From positions 1 to 64,000 of the IMG/VR virus record IMGVR_UViG_3300042691_055965: 64,000 bases of DNA. One strand, given 5' to 3'. Under the pieces are notes generated by a model, which worked only from the letters and a program-made list of their open reading frames with translations, did no database searches and was not told the origin of the DNA. A program made the translations under genes and the position numbers. Position 1 is the first letter of the stretch. Each line of letters starts with the position of its first letter. Positions 9,105 to 19,080 of the stretch are shown piece after piece.

Positions 9105-10865
9105 ATGACAAATCTTTCAAAAATTTCGTTGGTAATATCAGCCTTTCTGATGTTATTGTTCCTGTGTTCACAATCATTACTTGTTTTTCATTTTATTGAA
9201 TATGTAGATATGATAGGGTATTTTGGTTACGCCATAATACTAGCATTTATCCCATTTTTTTCTGTGTTTGCATATGAATATGTTAAAAGAAACAAAATAG
9301 GTAAGGTAAAAGGTGAATATATAAAAAAACTTAATGAAACAATAATTTCACAATCCCATAATCCATTATTTTATGATGGTGATATTTCTGAAGGAGCAAA
9401 AATTCTAACAAAAGAAGTGTCCACTAATATGGATGTTGATAGATGTTCTGTGTGGCTATACAATGAGGATAGAAGTTCAATTGTATGTCAACAACTATAT
9501 GTTAAATCAGAAAATAGTTGGTATCAGAATATTGAACTACATAAAAAAGATTATTTGGATTACTTCCTTGCTCTTTTGTTAAATCCCGTGATTGTTGCAA
9601 ATGATGCTGAAACTCACCAAGCAACTTCTTGTTTTACTGAATCGTATTTGAAACCTTTGGGTATTAAATCAATGTTGGATGTTCCAATTGTTTATAAGGG
9701 TGACACTATCGGGGTTATTTGTATTGAAAGTTTAGAACCAAAAATGTGGGACAAATGTGAAATTGATTTTGCTCAGATGTTAGCATCACTTTATTCCTTT
9801 TCATACTCCGTAAAAGAAATCAATCGTATAAACAAAACAATAGATGATATTGAGCATTTCATTGATTATTCGGTATTAGTAAGTAAGGCAGACGCAAATG
9901 GTAAAATAACATATGTTAATAAAAGGTTTGAGGATGTATCAGGATGGAAACTAAAACAAGCAATGGGTAAAGACCACAGTATTGTAAATTCAGGTTTTCA
10001 CCCAAAGGAGTTTTGGAAGGATATGTATAAGACAACCGTAAAAGATAGAAAGATATGGAATAAGGTTGTGACAAACAAAAATAGAAATGGTGAAATATAT
10101 TGGGTTGATTCTTATATCATCGCTGAGTTTGATTCTGAAACAGACAAACTAAAAGGATTTATGTCTATTAGATACGATGTAACTGACTTGATGAAAAAAT
10201 CAGAAGAGATTGAAAAAAAGAATACCTATTTGGAACACGCAGCAAAGATATTACGTCACGATATGCACTCAGGTATCAACACCTATATCCCAAGAGGAAT
10301 TAGTTCACTAGAAAGAAGATTAAATGATGATGTAATCAAGGAATTAAAAATTGAATCCCCACTTAAAATGATTAAGGAAGGATTAAAACATTCACAAAAA
10401 GTTTATAAGGGTGTTTATGAATTTACCAATTTGGTTAAAAAAGATTCAAGAATGGGTAAAACTGAATGTAACCTCAAAACTATCTTGGATGAATACCTAC
10501 AATCAACGGCATATAAAAGTCAGGTGATTATTGAGGAATTACCAGTCACTGATGTAAACGAATCTTTATTTTGCACAGCAATTGACAACCTAATCAGAAA
10601 TGGTTTGAAATATAACGATAGTGATACCAAGTTTGTTAAAATATTTATGGAAGAAGACACACTAATTCTACAGGACAATGGTAGAGGGATGACACAAAAA
10701 GATTTTGAATACTTATCCCAACCTTACACAAGAAAACAAAACCAAAAGGAAGGTGGAACGGGACTTGGATTAAACATATGTATCGCAATCTTAAATGAAC
10801 ACGGGTTCAAAATTACCTGTGAGAAAAACGATATTGGAACTAAAATGAAGATTAAACTTAAATGA
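9105..10865 (+). CDS. Sensor histidine kinase 1 (2 TM-GAF-PAS-HisKA-HATPase)
   Basis: GAF (DRCSVWL..SMLDVPI..GVICIE), PAS (ITYVNKRF..SGW..GKDH..IYWVDSYI), H-box ILRHDMHSG, N box DNLIRNGLKYN, G1 DNGRG, G2 GTGLGL; likely ATG at 9105 after TATTTAT. Confidence 0.92.
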   Translation: MTNLSKISLVISAFLMLLFLCSQSLLVFHFIEYVDMIGYFGYAIILAFIPFFSVFAYEYVKRNKIGKVKGEYIKKLNETIISQSHNPLFYDGDISEGAKILTKEVSTNMDVDRCSVWLYNEDRSSIVCQQLYVKSENSWYQNIELHKKDYLDYFLALLLNPVIVANDAETHQATSCFTESYLKPLGIKSMLDVPIVYKGDTIGVICIESLEPKMWDKCEIDFAQMLASLYSFSYSVKEINRINKTIDDIEHFIDYSVLVSKADANGKITYVNKRFEDVSGWKLKQAMGKDHSIVNSGFHPKEFWKDMYKTTVKDRKIWNKVVTNKNRNGEIYWVDSYIIAEFDSETDKLKGFMSIRYDVTDLMKKSEEIEKKNTYLEHAAKILRHDMHSGINTYIPRGISSLERRLNDDVIKELKIESPLKMIKEGLKHSQKVYKGVYEFTNLVKKDSRMGKTECNLKTILDEYLQSTAYKSQVIIEELPVTDVNESLFCTAIDNLIRNGLKYNDSDTKFVKIFMEEDTLILQDNGRGMTQKDFEYLSQPYTRKQNQKEGGTGLGLNICIAILNEHGFKITCEKNDIGTKMKIKLK

Positions 10866-12277
10866 AAAAACTATTATTATTCTTAACAACTTTTATTTTT
10901 GTTGTGAATTCTTATTCACAATTAGAGGCGACTTGGGATCAAGGTGTTCCACTTTGTCCTGAAGACAAATACATTTCAGGTTTGATTGATAAGTTGGGGA
11001 ATAAAAATCTAACAGAACTTGATAGTTTAACTGATAACACAAACCTAAAACTTTTCAGAGAAATTGGTTTTGCGTTTTATGACAAAGGTATGTATGATGC
11101 TGCCGATTGGTATCTAAAAAGAGCAAAAAGATACAAAGAAAAAATTATTGTTGAAAAAACAAAAGACAAAGAAGAAACAAAACCAGAAATATCACAAGAA
11201 GATGCCAAACAAATGAAAAAAGATTTGGAGTTTTTAGGAGGTTTACCAAAATCATATGATAATTTATCAAAAGACGATATGTTGGAGTTGGCAAAAATGA
11301 TTAATAATAAAATTAATCAATTAACTAAAGAAAGGGATTCGATACTTAAAAGTGAAAAACCAAATGAAGAATTACTATCATCAAAAAATAACACAATCAA
11401 ATCATTAGAAAAAGAAAAAGAAGTAATTGATTTAACAATTGAAAGTGATGAATTAAAAGGCGAAACTAAAATATTAAACATAGAAAAGGCGACTTTGAAA
11501 AAGTATTTAACAGGATTAATAATTGGTGCATCAGTACTTATTTTATTCATCCTTGTACTTCTTCAAAGAAAAACAATTAGAGTTAAAGATACAGAAATAG
11601 ATAAACAACTAACCGATATCAATAAGAAAAACAAATACTTAGAATATTCAGCAAGAATCATAAGACACGATATGCACTCTGGTATCAATACTTACATTCC
11701 AAGAGGTATATCATCATTAGAAAAAAGAATCACCCAGGAAGATATTGAAAATCTTAAAATTGCTGCACCCATCAAAATGATTAAAGATGGTTTGAGTCAC
11801 ACACAAAAAGTTTACAAAAGAGTTTATGAATTCACAAACCTTGTAAAACAACAAGTGGTATTAGATAAAAAAGAAACGGACACAACAAAACTATTAACAG
11901 ATTACTTCCAATCCACTTCATATAAGAATCAAGTAGAGATTAGCGAATTAGTAATACTTGATATTAACGACACATTATTTTGTAACGCAATAGACAACTT
12001 AGTTAAAAACGGATTACAATATAACGATAGTGAAGACAAATTAGTTAAGATTTATATGGATAAAAATGACTTAATTGTGGAAGATAACGGTAGAGGGTTT
12101 ACACAAAAGGAATTAGAAACGATAACAGGGAAGTATTTAACTAAAAAGGGGGATTCTGAAATTGGTTTGGGATTAAGTATTAGTAAAACCATTTTAGAAG
12201 AACACGGATTTACAATGACTTGTGAAAAAATTAACAATGGAACTAAAATAAAAATTAAGACAAAAAAAGATGATTGA
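10862..12277 (+). CDS. Sensor histidine kinase 2 (signal peptide, TPR-like/coiled-coil periplasmic region, 1 TM)
   Basis: Kinase core paralogous to HK1: IIRHDMHSGINTYIPRG, DNLVKNGLQYN, DNGRG, GLGL. Confidence 0.9.
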   Translation: MKKLLLFLTTFIFVVNSYSQLEATWDQGVPLCPEDKYISGLIDKLGNKNLTELDSLTDNTNLKLFREIGFAFYDKGMYDAADWYLKRAKRYKEKIIVEKTKDKEETKPEISQEDAKQMKKDLEFLGGLPKSYDNLSKDDMLELAKMINNKINQLTKERDSILKSEKPNEELLSSKNNTIKSLEKEKEVIDLTIESDELKGETKILNIEKATLKKYLTGLIIGASVLILFILVLLQRKTIRVKDTEIDKQLTDINKKNKYLEYSARIIRHDMHSGINTYIPRGISSLEKRITQEDIENLKIAAPIKMIKDGLSHTQKVYKRVYEFTNLVKQQVVLDKKETDTTKLLTDYFQSTSYKNQVEISELVILDINDTLFCNAIDNLVKNGLQYNDSEDKLVKIYMDKNDLIVEDNGRGFTQKELETITGKYLTKKGDSEIGLGLSISKTILEEHGFTMTCEKINNGTKIKIKTKKDD

Positions 12278-12707
12278 TTCTATTTTATTGGTTGATGACG
12301 AAGATTTATTTCATTTAGTATTTGAGGACGCTTGTTCTCTACTTGATATAAGTTTATCTCTACAATCTATTAGTAGTGCAGACGAAGCAGCAAAGATGTT
12401 TAAACAATGGTTTGACGATAAGAATACCAAAGATAAACCTGAATGTGTATTTGTTGATTTAAATATAATTGGTAGTTCTTTTGATGGAATTGAGCTTGTA
12501 AGAAGAATTAACTTTGAATATGGTAATCATGTTGTTATTGGAATTATTTCTTCATCAAACGAACCAGATGAACAAGCAAAGGCACTTCAATCAGGTGCAC
12601 AATTTTGGATTATCAAATCAGATGAAATCGAACCAAGATTGGAAGAATTTAAAAAAGATTATGAGGGGTATAAAACAAGAACCGCTCCTTTTAAAATTTA
12701 CAGATGA
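12270..12707 (+). CDS. Stand-alone receiver-domain response regulator
   Basis: LLVDDED acidic pocket, VFVDLN phospho-acceptor Asp, IISSS, IIKS; no output domain. Confidence 0.92.
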   Translation: MIDSILLVDDEDLFHLVFEDACSLLDISLSLQSISSADEAAKMFKQWFDDKNTKDKPECVFVDLNIIGSSFDGIELVRRINFEYGNHVVIGIISSSNEPDEQAKALQSGAQFWIIKSDEIEPRLEEFKKDYEGYKTRTAPFKIYR

Positions 12708-13381
12708 TTAAAATAGATAAAAATACAAAGAAAACTTTATTAGAACTATACAAAAATAAAGGTATAGGACTTGAAGGTAATATCACAAAACTCATCGATG
12801 GTGAAGACGATGAAGACTTCAAAAAGTATTTAAAAGAATGTGAAACAAAAGATTCTGAAAAAAGACGAAAACGTCTTGAAATGACAAAAAAGATTCAAAA
12901 ACAAAATGAAGATTTAAAGTCATTGAACACTCAGAATCAACAAATACTTGAGGAACTTCAAACAACACTCAAAGAAGTTGAAGATTCCAAAATGACATTT
13001 GAGGTTCAAAACAGAGAACTTAACGAATGGAAACAAGATAACCTACGACTTACCGAAGAACTTAAAAACGAAATGGTAAAGTCAGAACAGGCAAGAATAG
13101 AAGCAGAAAAGGCAAAAGAAAGTGCAATTAACGATTTGGACATTATCCAAAAAAGAAATCAAACAGAACTTATATCAACAATTGTGAAAGTTGCTCTTTG
13201 GGTAATAATTGGTGTTGGTGTTGTTACAACTGGCGTCTATGTGTTTACTTTATTTATGGAAAAAGATACACAAGTTATAAGCGCTGCTTGGTCTAATATA
13301 TTTGGGATTTTGTTAACAAATGCTTTTTCAATAGTTGGAACAATAATGGGTATCAAATATGCCACAGAAAATAAACAATAA
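12704..13381 (+). CDS. Coiled-coil protein with two C-terminal TM helices (possible holin/antiholin or relay effector)
   Basis: Long K/E/Q heptad region, then VALWVIIGVGVVTTGVYVFTLF and IFGILLTNAFSIVGTIMGI. Confidence 0.8.
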   Translation: MIKIDKNTKKTLLELYKNKGIGLEGNITKLIDGEDDEDFKKYLKECETKDSEKRRKRLEMTKKIQKQNEDLKSLNTQNQQILEELQTTLKEVEDSKMTFEVQNRELNEWKQDNLRLTEELKNEMVKSEQARIEAEKAKESAINDLDIIQKRNQTELISTIVKVALWVIIGVGVVTTGVYVFTLFMEKDTQVISAAWSNIFGILLTNAFSIVGTIMGIKYATENKQ

Positions 13382-13394
13382 ATAAATAATTAAA

Positions 13395-14216
13395 ATGTTA
13401 CTAAAAGTAGGTTCAAAAGGGGACGATGTAAAAAAACTACAAACCAAACTCGGTTTAACTGCCGATGGTTCATTCGGTCCAAACACAGAAAAGAAAGTTA
13501 AAGAATGGCAACAAGCAAATGGATTAACTGCCGATGGTATTGTTGGTTCAGGTACTTGGACAAAAATGTTTGGTGGTGAAGTGATAAAAGAAGATGTGGT
13601 AATTGCACCTGTTCAGGGATTAAACATCGAAAAACTAAAAGGGACAATTCCTGATGGTGTTATTGCACAAATTGCAGAAACCGCAAAGAAATTTAATATT
13701 ACAAACAATTTAAGACTTGCACACTTTTTAGCTCAATGTGCACACGAATCAGGTAGTTTTAAAGCGGTATCAGAAAATCTAAATTATTCCGTTGATGGGT
13801 TAAAAAAAGTATTTGGAAAGTACTTTCCTGGAAATCTTGCAGAATCTTACGCTAAACAACCTGAAAAGATTGCTTCCCGTGTTTACGGTGGAAGAATGGG
13901 TAATGGTGATGAATCAACAAAAGAAGGATTTAAATTCAGAGGAAGGGGATATATTCAATTGACAGGTAAATCAAACTACGTTAAATTTACACAATTCATC
14001 GGTGAAGATTGTGTGGCAAATCCTGATTTAGTTGCTACAAAATATCCGTTAGCATCCGCGGCGTTTTTCTTTAATAACAATAGTTTGTGGAGTATCTGTG
14101 ATAAAGGAGCTGACGATGCAACAGTAACCGCAGTCACCAAAAGAGTTAATGGAGGAACACATGGTTTGGCTGACAGAATTTCTAAATTCAAAACATATTA
14201 TAATTTATTGAAATAA
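13395..14216 (+). CDS. Modular endolysin: PG-binding domain + GH19 glycoside hydrolase
   Basis: GSKGDDVKKLQ..DGSFGPNT..DGIVG PG-binding motif; HFLAQCAHES, FRGRGYIQLTGKSNY, TKRVNGG. Confidence 0.92.
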   Translation: MLLKVGSKGDDVKKLQTKLGLTADGSFGPNTEKKVKEWQQANGLTADGIVGSGTWTKMFGGEVIKEDVVIAPVQGLNIEKLKGTIPDGVIAQIAETAKKFNITNNLRLAHFLAQCAHESGSFKAVSENLNYSVDGLKKVFGKYFPGNLAESYAKQPEKIASRVYGGRMGNGDESTKEGFKFRGRGYIQLTGKSNYVKFTQFIGEDCVANPDLVATKYPLASAAFFFNNNSLWSICDKGADDATVTAVTKRVNGGTHGLADRISKFKTYYNLLK

Positions 14217-14218
14217 AA

Positions 14219-14395
14219 TTAACATACTTCAAACAATAAACCCAACTTTAAGAATTCATCTATTGTTGGGTTTTTTGTTACCTTAATGAAATATTCATTT
14301 TTTTCACTTCTAAAAAATGCAATCCCTGAAAACATTTTTCTTAAGTTTTCATATATTTCTTTATCTTTTACTTTGTATGTTTTTAATCCCACCAT
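14219..14395 (-). CDS. Unannotated 58-aa hypothetical protein
   Basis: Hand-translated MVGLKTYKVKDKEIYENLRKMFSGIAFF...LGLLFEVC*; overlaps the end of the upstream gene and fills the gap to the endolysin. Confidence 0.55.
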   Translation of the reverse strand: MVGLKTYKVKDKEIYENLRKMFSGIAFFRSEKNEYFIKVTKNPTIDEFLKLGLLFEVC

Positions 14396-14961
14396 CTTTC
14401 TATTCTTTCTTTCAAAATTTTAAACAATAAGTCTTTTGCCTTTTGTTGGTTATGTCTTGCAATATACATACAATATTCTCTTTTTGTCCCTTGGGGATGT
14501 TCCTTATAAACCTGTCTTAAAGAGGACTTATATTTTGAAAGATATTCACCGTATCTTTCGGATTTAACATTTATTTCTAATCTTTTGTGTTTTGGAAACC
14601 CCTCAACATCTTTCATAAGATACTCACTATCCTCATAATCATGGAACTCAATTGAATAGTAATCGTTTCTTACTCTGTCAATTAAGTTAAGAACAATAGT
14701 CATATCACGGTTGTCAATATCTATTCTTGTGTGTCTGTTGGATTTAACAAGATATTCCCTTTGAAACTCTATCTTTTTTTGTATTATATTAAAAATAAAG
14801 TCACTGTCCCAATCTCTTTGTTTCCAAATTGTAGGAAACCATTTGATTATATTGGATACACCTGTACAAAAGTTACGAATAGAAGAGGGAAATTTATACC
14901 ATAGGAATTTTCTTTCCCATGCGGAATCTTTAGGTATTGGTAGTTTTTTGTAATTTTTCAT
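14383..14961 (-). CDS. Phage hypothetical protein
   Basis: Likely start MKNYKKLP; WKQRDWD and ERWWD motifs. Confidence 0.7.
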   Translation of the reverse strand: MKNYKKLPIPKDSAWERKFLWYKFPSSIRNFCTGVSNIIKWFPTIWKQRDWDSDFIFNIIQKKIEFQREYLVKSNRHTRIDIDNRDMTIVLNLIDRVRNDYYSIEFHDYEDSEYLMKDVEGFPKHKRLEINVKSERYGEYLSKYKSSLRQVYKEHPQGTKREYCMYIARHNQQKAKDLLFKILKERIERWWD

Positions 14962-15142
14962 CTTCTTTGTCTTTCCACTCCAAATATACGGCAAAAATCA
15001 TTAAGAAGTTAATCATTACACACAAAAAAATTTCTAAAAGATAATGCCAATCAATTTGGGTTACACCAACATGAGTTCCTAACCACATAAAAGAACCATA
15101 TTTATTCATTATTTGAACTATAAGGTATTTGAAAAATTTCAT
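14930..15142 (-). CDS. Small membrane protein
   Basis: 70 aa with a hydrophobic helix; TAATG-coupled to the upstream gene. Confidence 0.55.
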   Translation of the reverse strand: MKFFKYLIVQIMNKYGSFMWLGTHVGVTQIDWHYLLEIFLCVMINFLMIFAVYLEWKDKEDEKLQKTTNT

Positions 15143-16800
15143 TACCTATAAGATCTTCCGTACGTTTTTCTGTTTTGTTTATATGCTGGTATCGTGCCTG
15201 TCCTTCTGGCATAATCTCTATCGTTTGATTTATTTCTACGTCTTTGTTTACTTGCACTCATCCAATCAGATGCACCTGAATGATCAACATATTGTGCTTT
15301 CATCCTTCCAGTAGTGTAAGAATACGAACTAAAACCAAAACCTCCCCCTTGTTTTCCAATGTATTCAAGAGAAATGACATTATTAGCAATTTTACCTGTT
15401 AGTTCACTTTCTGCCGAAATTTTAATATTACCAAGAATTGTTACCCTAACATAAAAAGTAAAATTAGCATACTGACCAGGATTCGGTAAAGTTTTGGTAG
15501 GATCATTATCAAGTTTACCTCCAGTATCAGTTACTTTATAATACATATCAACATTATCATATATGTTTTCAGATACTATTATATCTGTATTTTGTTTGAA
15601 TTTTGAAACTATACTTTGTACTAAAAGATCACCTCTTTTCTTTGCAAGTGCTGCATTTTTTAAATTATTACCTGTCTTTTCTATATTTTCAATTTTTTTA
15701 ACAAATTCATCATCATTTGTGTGTGTCACGTCCAAAACATCAGTCCCCGTCCAAGTATTACTTGCTGAAGATTCTGAATATACTTTATATATTTCTATTC
15801 TATATGATACGTCACATTCACCACTACGATTACATTCAATCATTTCTTTCAGTGTTTTACTATCTGAATCACCTTTTGGTTTTTCATAATCAATTTTTGT
15901 AGAATATAAAGTGTTATATATTGTTTCCATAGCACTTTCTAAAAACGGTTTTGGGTCTGATGCCCCCGGATCATAATTTGTTTCTATTTTTGGTATTTCT
16001 ATCATTTTGGATGCTTTAGTTTCTTTTACATTTGCATCTCTTAATTTTGCGGGTTTTACTTCTTCTTCTTCAGTAGTGATTATGAAAGATAATGGTTTTT
16101 TTGTTACAGGAACATAATTAAATGTGCCATCCTCATTATTTCCTGCATAAACTGATTGAGAATTAGATAATACCACATCTTCTTCACATTCATAATCAAA
16201 CTTATTTGTTAATGCTGTTTGTAGTGCTGTTTTCAATCCGGTTAATTCTTCAGGTTCGACTTCAGCAATCAAAGACAAATCTACAGACTTGTATTCTTCT
16301 GGAAGTACTTCATTGTTCATTACAAATTTCCATCTTTGTGCTTTCTTGAAGAATTTTTTTAATTTTCTAATTTCTTTTTTTTGTGATTTGTCAGTTTGTT
16401 TAGAAATGTATACTCTTGGGTCATCCAATATAGTATTAAGTGCGTTATAAAATGCCTCACCTAATTTTATTCTTTGTTCACCTGTCAATTTATTATACTC
16501 CGCAAAAGAAGAAAGTTCGGCATTCATTTTTTGGGTGACATTCGCAGGTTTTGTTAGTTCTTCATCGACTTCTTTGTCGTATGTAAATTCCCCGCCAATG
16601 TTAAGTGAACCACGGGTTATATCTCTTAATTGATTTCTACCTCCACCTAAATTCAAATTAAAACTTTTAGTTTTTGGTTCATTAATTTCTAAAATTAAAT
16701 TTTCAGAACTCAAATCAGATTGCTCATTCAAAGTTTTACCTACTTTGTAAGAATTTAAAAAATTAATTTTATTAATTTCTTCTAACAATTTTTTGTCCAT
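15142..16800 (-). CDS. Large hypothetical protein with class-B leader
   Basis: 552 aa; MDKKLLEEINKINFLNSYKVGKTLNEQ; minus-strand TATTTAT at 16814-16820. Confidence 0.8.
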   Translation of the reverse strand: MDKKLLEEINKINFLNSYKVGKTLNEQSDLSSENLILEINEPKTKSFNLNLGGGRNQLRDITRGSLNIGGEFTYDKEVDEELTKPANVTQKMNAELSSFAEYNKLTGEQRIKLGEAFYNALNTILDDPRVYISKQTDKSQKKEIRKLKKFFKKAQRWKFVMNNEVLPEEYKSVDLSLIAEVEPEELTGLKTALQTALTNKFDYECEEDVVLSNSQSVYAGNNEDGTFNYVPVTKKPLSFIITTEEEEVKPAKLRDANVKETKASKMIEIPKIETNYDPGASDPKPFLESAMETIYNTLYSTKIDYEKPKGDSDSKTLKEMIECNRSGECDVSYRIEIYKVYSESSASNTWTGTDVLDVTHTNDDEFVKKIENIEKTGNNLKNAALAKKRGDLLVQSIVSKFKQNTDIIVSENIYDNVDMYYKVTDTGGKLDNDPTKTLPNPGQYANFTFYVRVTILGNIKISAESELTGKIANNVISLEYIGKQGGGFGFSSYSYTTGRMKAQYVDHSGASDWMSASKQRRRNKSNDRDYARRTGTIPAYKQNRKTYGRSYR

Positions 16801-16871
16801 AAATATTTTATTTATAAATATAACTATAATTAAAAAAAAAAGTGTTATATTTACTGCTCAAATCTTTCAAC

Positions 16872-17507
16872 ATGAAAACAATAATCACAATTTTAGTTTT
16901 ATTTTTGACTGTGAGTTCATATGGACAAACTCACAATTTTGATGAGGATAGTATTCAATATTACTTTCTTAAGCACTTGGATACCATGAGGAATGAATTA
17001 CATAATGGTATTCCAAAAACAATTGTGAACGATAACGCAAGTAATGCTTGTCTTCACCACAATAAATTTCTTGCTGACATTCAACAAAATGATGGTTCAA
17101 TTATTATGACTCACGATGAATTCAAAATCAAAGACGGTGTTAAATACAAAGGTAACGATACTATAATTGGGTATTATATGGATAGAAATAATTATTACAA
17201 CACAAATAAAGATTTTGCGTCGTCGGCTGAAGTTGCTGCTTGTGTTGTTTTATGGACAACCGACGACAATCAAGGAAATATTACTAATTTTATTCATCAA
17301 TATATGACAAATGAGTGGATAGGAAAAAGATTACTATATTCACTTAAACAATCAGATAGCCATAATAGAGTTATTTCAAGTTTTGGATATAATGTAGTGG
17401 CTATTGACGTGTCAATTATCAATGGGATTGTTTATTTAACTATGGTTACTGGTTCAAAAATAGAATATGTAAACGGTAAAGAGATACATATTTCAAATCT
17501 CAAATAA
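16872..17507 (+). CDS. Secreted protein, possibly CAP/SCP-like
   Basis: Signal peptide MKTIITILVLFLTVSSYG; helix/His pattern and S.SH..VI segment reminiscent of CAP domains. Confidence 0.5.
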   Translation: MKTIITILVLFLTVSSYGQTHNFDEDSIQYYFLKHLDTMRNELHNGIPKTIVNDNASNACLHHNKFLADIQQNDGSIIMTHDEFKIKDGVKYKGNDTIIGYYMDRNNYYNTNKDFASSAEVAACVVLWTTDDNQGNITNFIHQYMTNEWIGKRLLYSLKQSDSHNRVISSFGYNVVAIDVSIINGIVYLTMVTGSKIEYVNGKEIHISNLK

Positions 17508-17543
17508 TATTTATGTTTTAGGTGTAACCTATATTTATTGAAT

Positions 17544-18206
17544 ATGAAAAATTTCAAACAGTTAAATCCCGAATTAAAACCTGGCGATCGTATCATGTTA
17601 TTACATTTGGATGGAGAAGACATACCATCGGGAACAAAAGGAAAAGTTTTGAAAATAATGGATGTACCCAAATTCACAAAAGACGATCTTGGGTTCATGT
17701 ATGATATGGAATGGTACGACGACGAAGGAAAAGTTATATCAAAGTTAAGTTTGGCTCCGGAAGTCGATGGGTGGGTTTACGATAAAATGTTTTATATGGA
17801 AAATCCAACTGACATTAATGAATCCAAAATGGACAATATGGATGATGTCATGAAGGCATTCAAGATAATATCCGCTTTACCAAAGTCAGAAATGAAAATA
17901 ATCCAAACATATTTGGAATTAATTAGAAAACTTGGTATTGTAAATATGTTTCAATCACCAGGTTTATTAGGGGCGTCCAAAGACTATTTGAAAGATTTTA
18001 TAAAAATGAAATCTTATGAACGTGATTTTGATGAAGATATTATAGATGAAATACTTGATATGTCCGACACTGTAAGAAATATTTTAATATCCAAAAGTGT
18101 ACAAAACATTGAAGAAAGAGGACAAGAAATAACAATTAATAATGTGCAACGTGAAATGAAACTATTGGCTCAAGCATGTGTTAAATACTTTATGAAAATA
18201 TTTTAA
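17544..18206 (+). CDS. Hypothetical protein
   Basis: Likely ATG 17544 after TATTTAT 17532-17538; PGDRI..GTKGKV SH3-like start; GIVNMF motif. Confidence 0.7.
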   Translation: MKNFKQLNPELKPGDRIMLLHLDGEDIPSGTKGKVLKIMDVPKFTKDDLGFMYDMEWYDDEGKVISKLSLAPEVDGWVYDKMFYMENPTDINESKMDNMDDVMKAFKIISALPKSEMKIIQTYLELIRKLGIVNMFQSPGLLGASKDYLKDFIKMKSYERDFDEDIIDEILDMSDTVRNILISKSVQNIEERGQEITINNVQREMKLLAQACVKYFMKIF

Positions 18207-18243
18207 TATTTATATCAAGATAAACTTTTTAGAAAATTATAAA

Positions 18244-18723
18244 ATGAGAGGATTTGCAGGATTAACAAAAAAAGAAACTGACGATATATTAAAACAACAC
18301 AGTAAAACATATGACGGGTATGCTGTTGGAAATGTGGGAACTAATATGTACCCGATAAGTGTTTACGACGATGCAAGAGATAGTAAAGGAATAACAGTAA
18401 CTAACAATAATGTTGTAAAGACATACACCAATCATAGAATCAATGAAATAACCGCAAAACCTTTGAATTACGACGAAATAATGCCGGCATATGATTTTGA
18501 TTCACCAGGACCTCAACAAAGTATGGTTCAACCAAACCCAGGAAAAAAACCATATGATTTTACTTCGAAAGGACCTGTAGATGTTTTTGAAGATGAATTT
18601 ATTAGTTTAGATGATGCTGAAGAATTTGTTAACAAGTTAGAACTTGAAGATGAAGATGACAATATAAATGAAAGTATCGAAAAAACACTTGACTTATTCA
18701 AAAGATTTAAAAATTTTAACTAA
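18244..18723 (+). CDS. Hypothetical protein
   Basis: 159 aa; C-terminus INESIEKTLDLFKRF. Confidence 0.7.
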   Translation: MRGFAGLTKKETDDILKQHSKTYDGYAVGNVGTNMYPISVYDDARDSKGITVTNNNVVKTYTNHRINEITAKPLNYDEIMPAYDFDSPGPQQSMVQPNPGKKPYDFTSKGPVDVFEDEFISLDDAEEFVNKLELEDEDDNINESIEKTLDLFKRFKNFN

Positions 18724-19028
18724 TGGAAGTTGTTGAAATTGTTACACATTATATCGACAAAACACAAAATTTGATAAATGTGGAATTTAGGTTGTTAGGT
18801 GACGAAGAAGACGAAATCAGAGAAGATTTGATTGAGTATTCTTTCTTTGAAGAATTTGGTTTTGACAATCATAAAAATTTTGACATATTCGAGTCACTTC
18901 TTGAAGAAGAAGATGAATGGGAAGAAGATGACTATGATTATATTAATAATGAAGACAATTTAATTTCGTTTCTTAATGAATACTATATTGTTTACCCAAA
19001 AAAATTACCAAAGGTAAATTATAAGTAA
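18723..19028 (+). CDS. Acidic hypothetical protein
   Basis: 101 aa; TAATG coupling. Confidence 0.7.
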   Translation: MEVVEIVTHYIDKTQNLINVEFRLLGDEEDEIREDLIEYSFFEEFGFDNHKNFDIFESLLEEEDEWEEDDYDYINNEDNLISFLNEYYIVYPKKLPKVNYK

Positions 19029-19080
19029 AAACACCAAAAATTAGTTTTAAGGTTTCATATAATTTATTATATTTATTAAT

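Noticed and set aside
6775-13381. Host chromosomal contamination or prophage boundary
   Set aside because: Same base composition and phage TATTTAT motifs, and directly coupled to the phage endolysin; read-level confirmation would still be prudent
14238-14276. AAACCCAAC..GTTGGGTTT hairpin as a separate ncRNA
   Set aside because: It lies inside the 58-aa minus-strand ORF; best explained as the endolysin terminator
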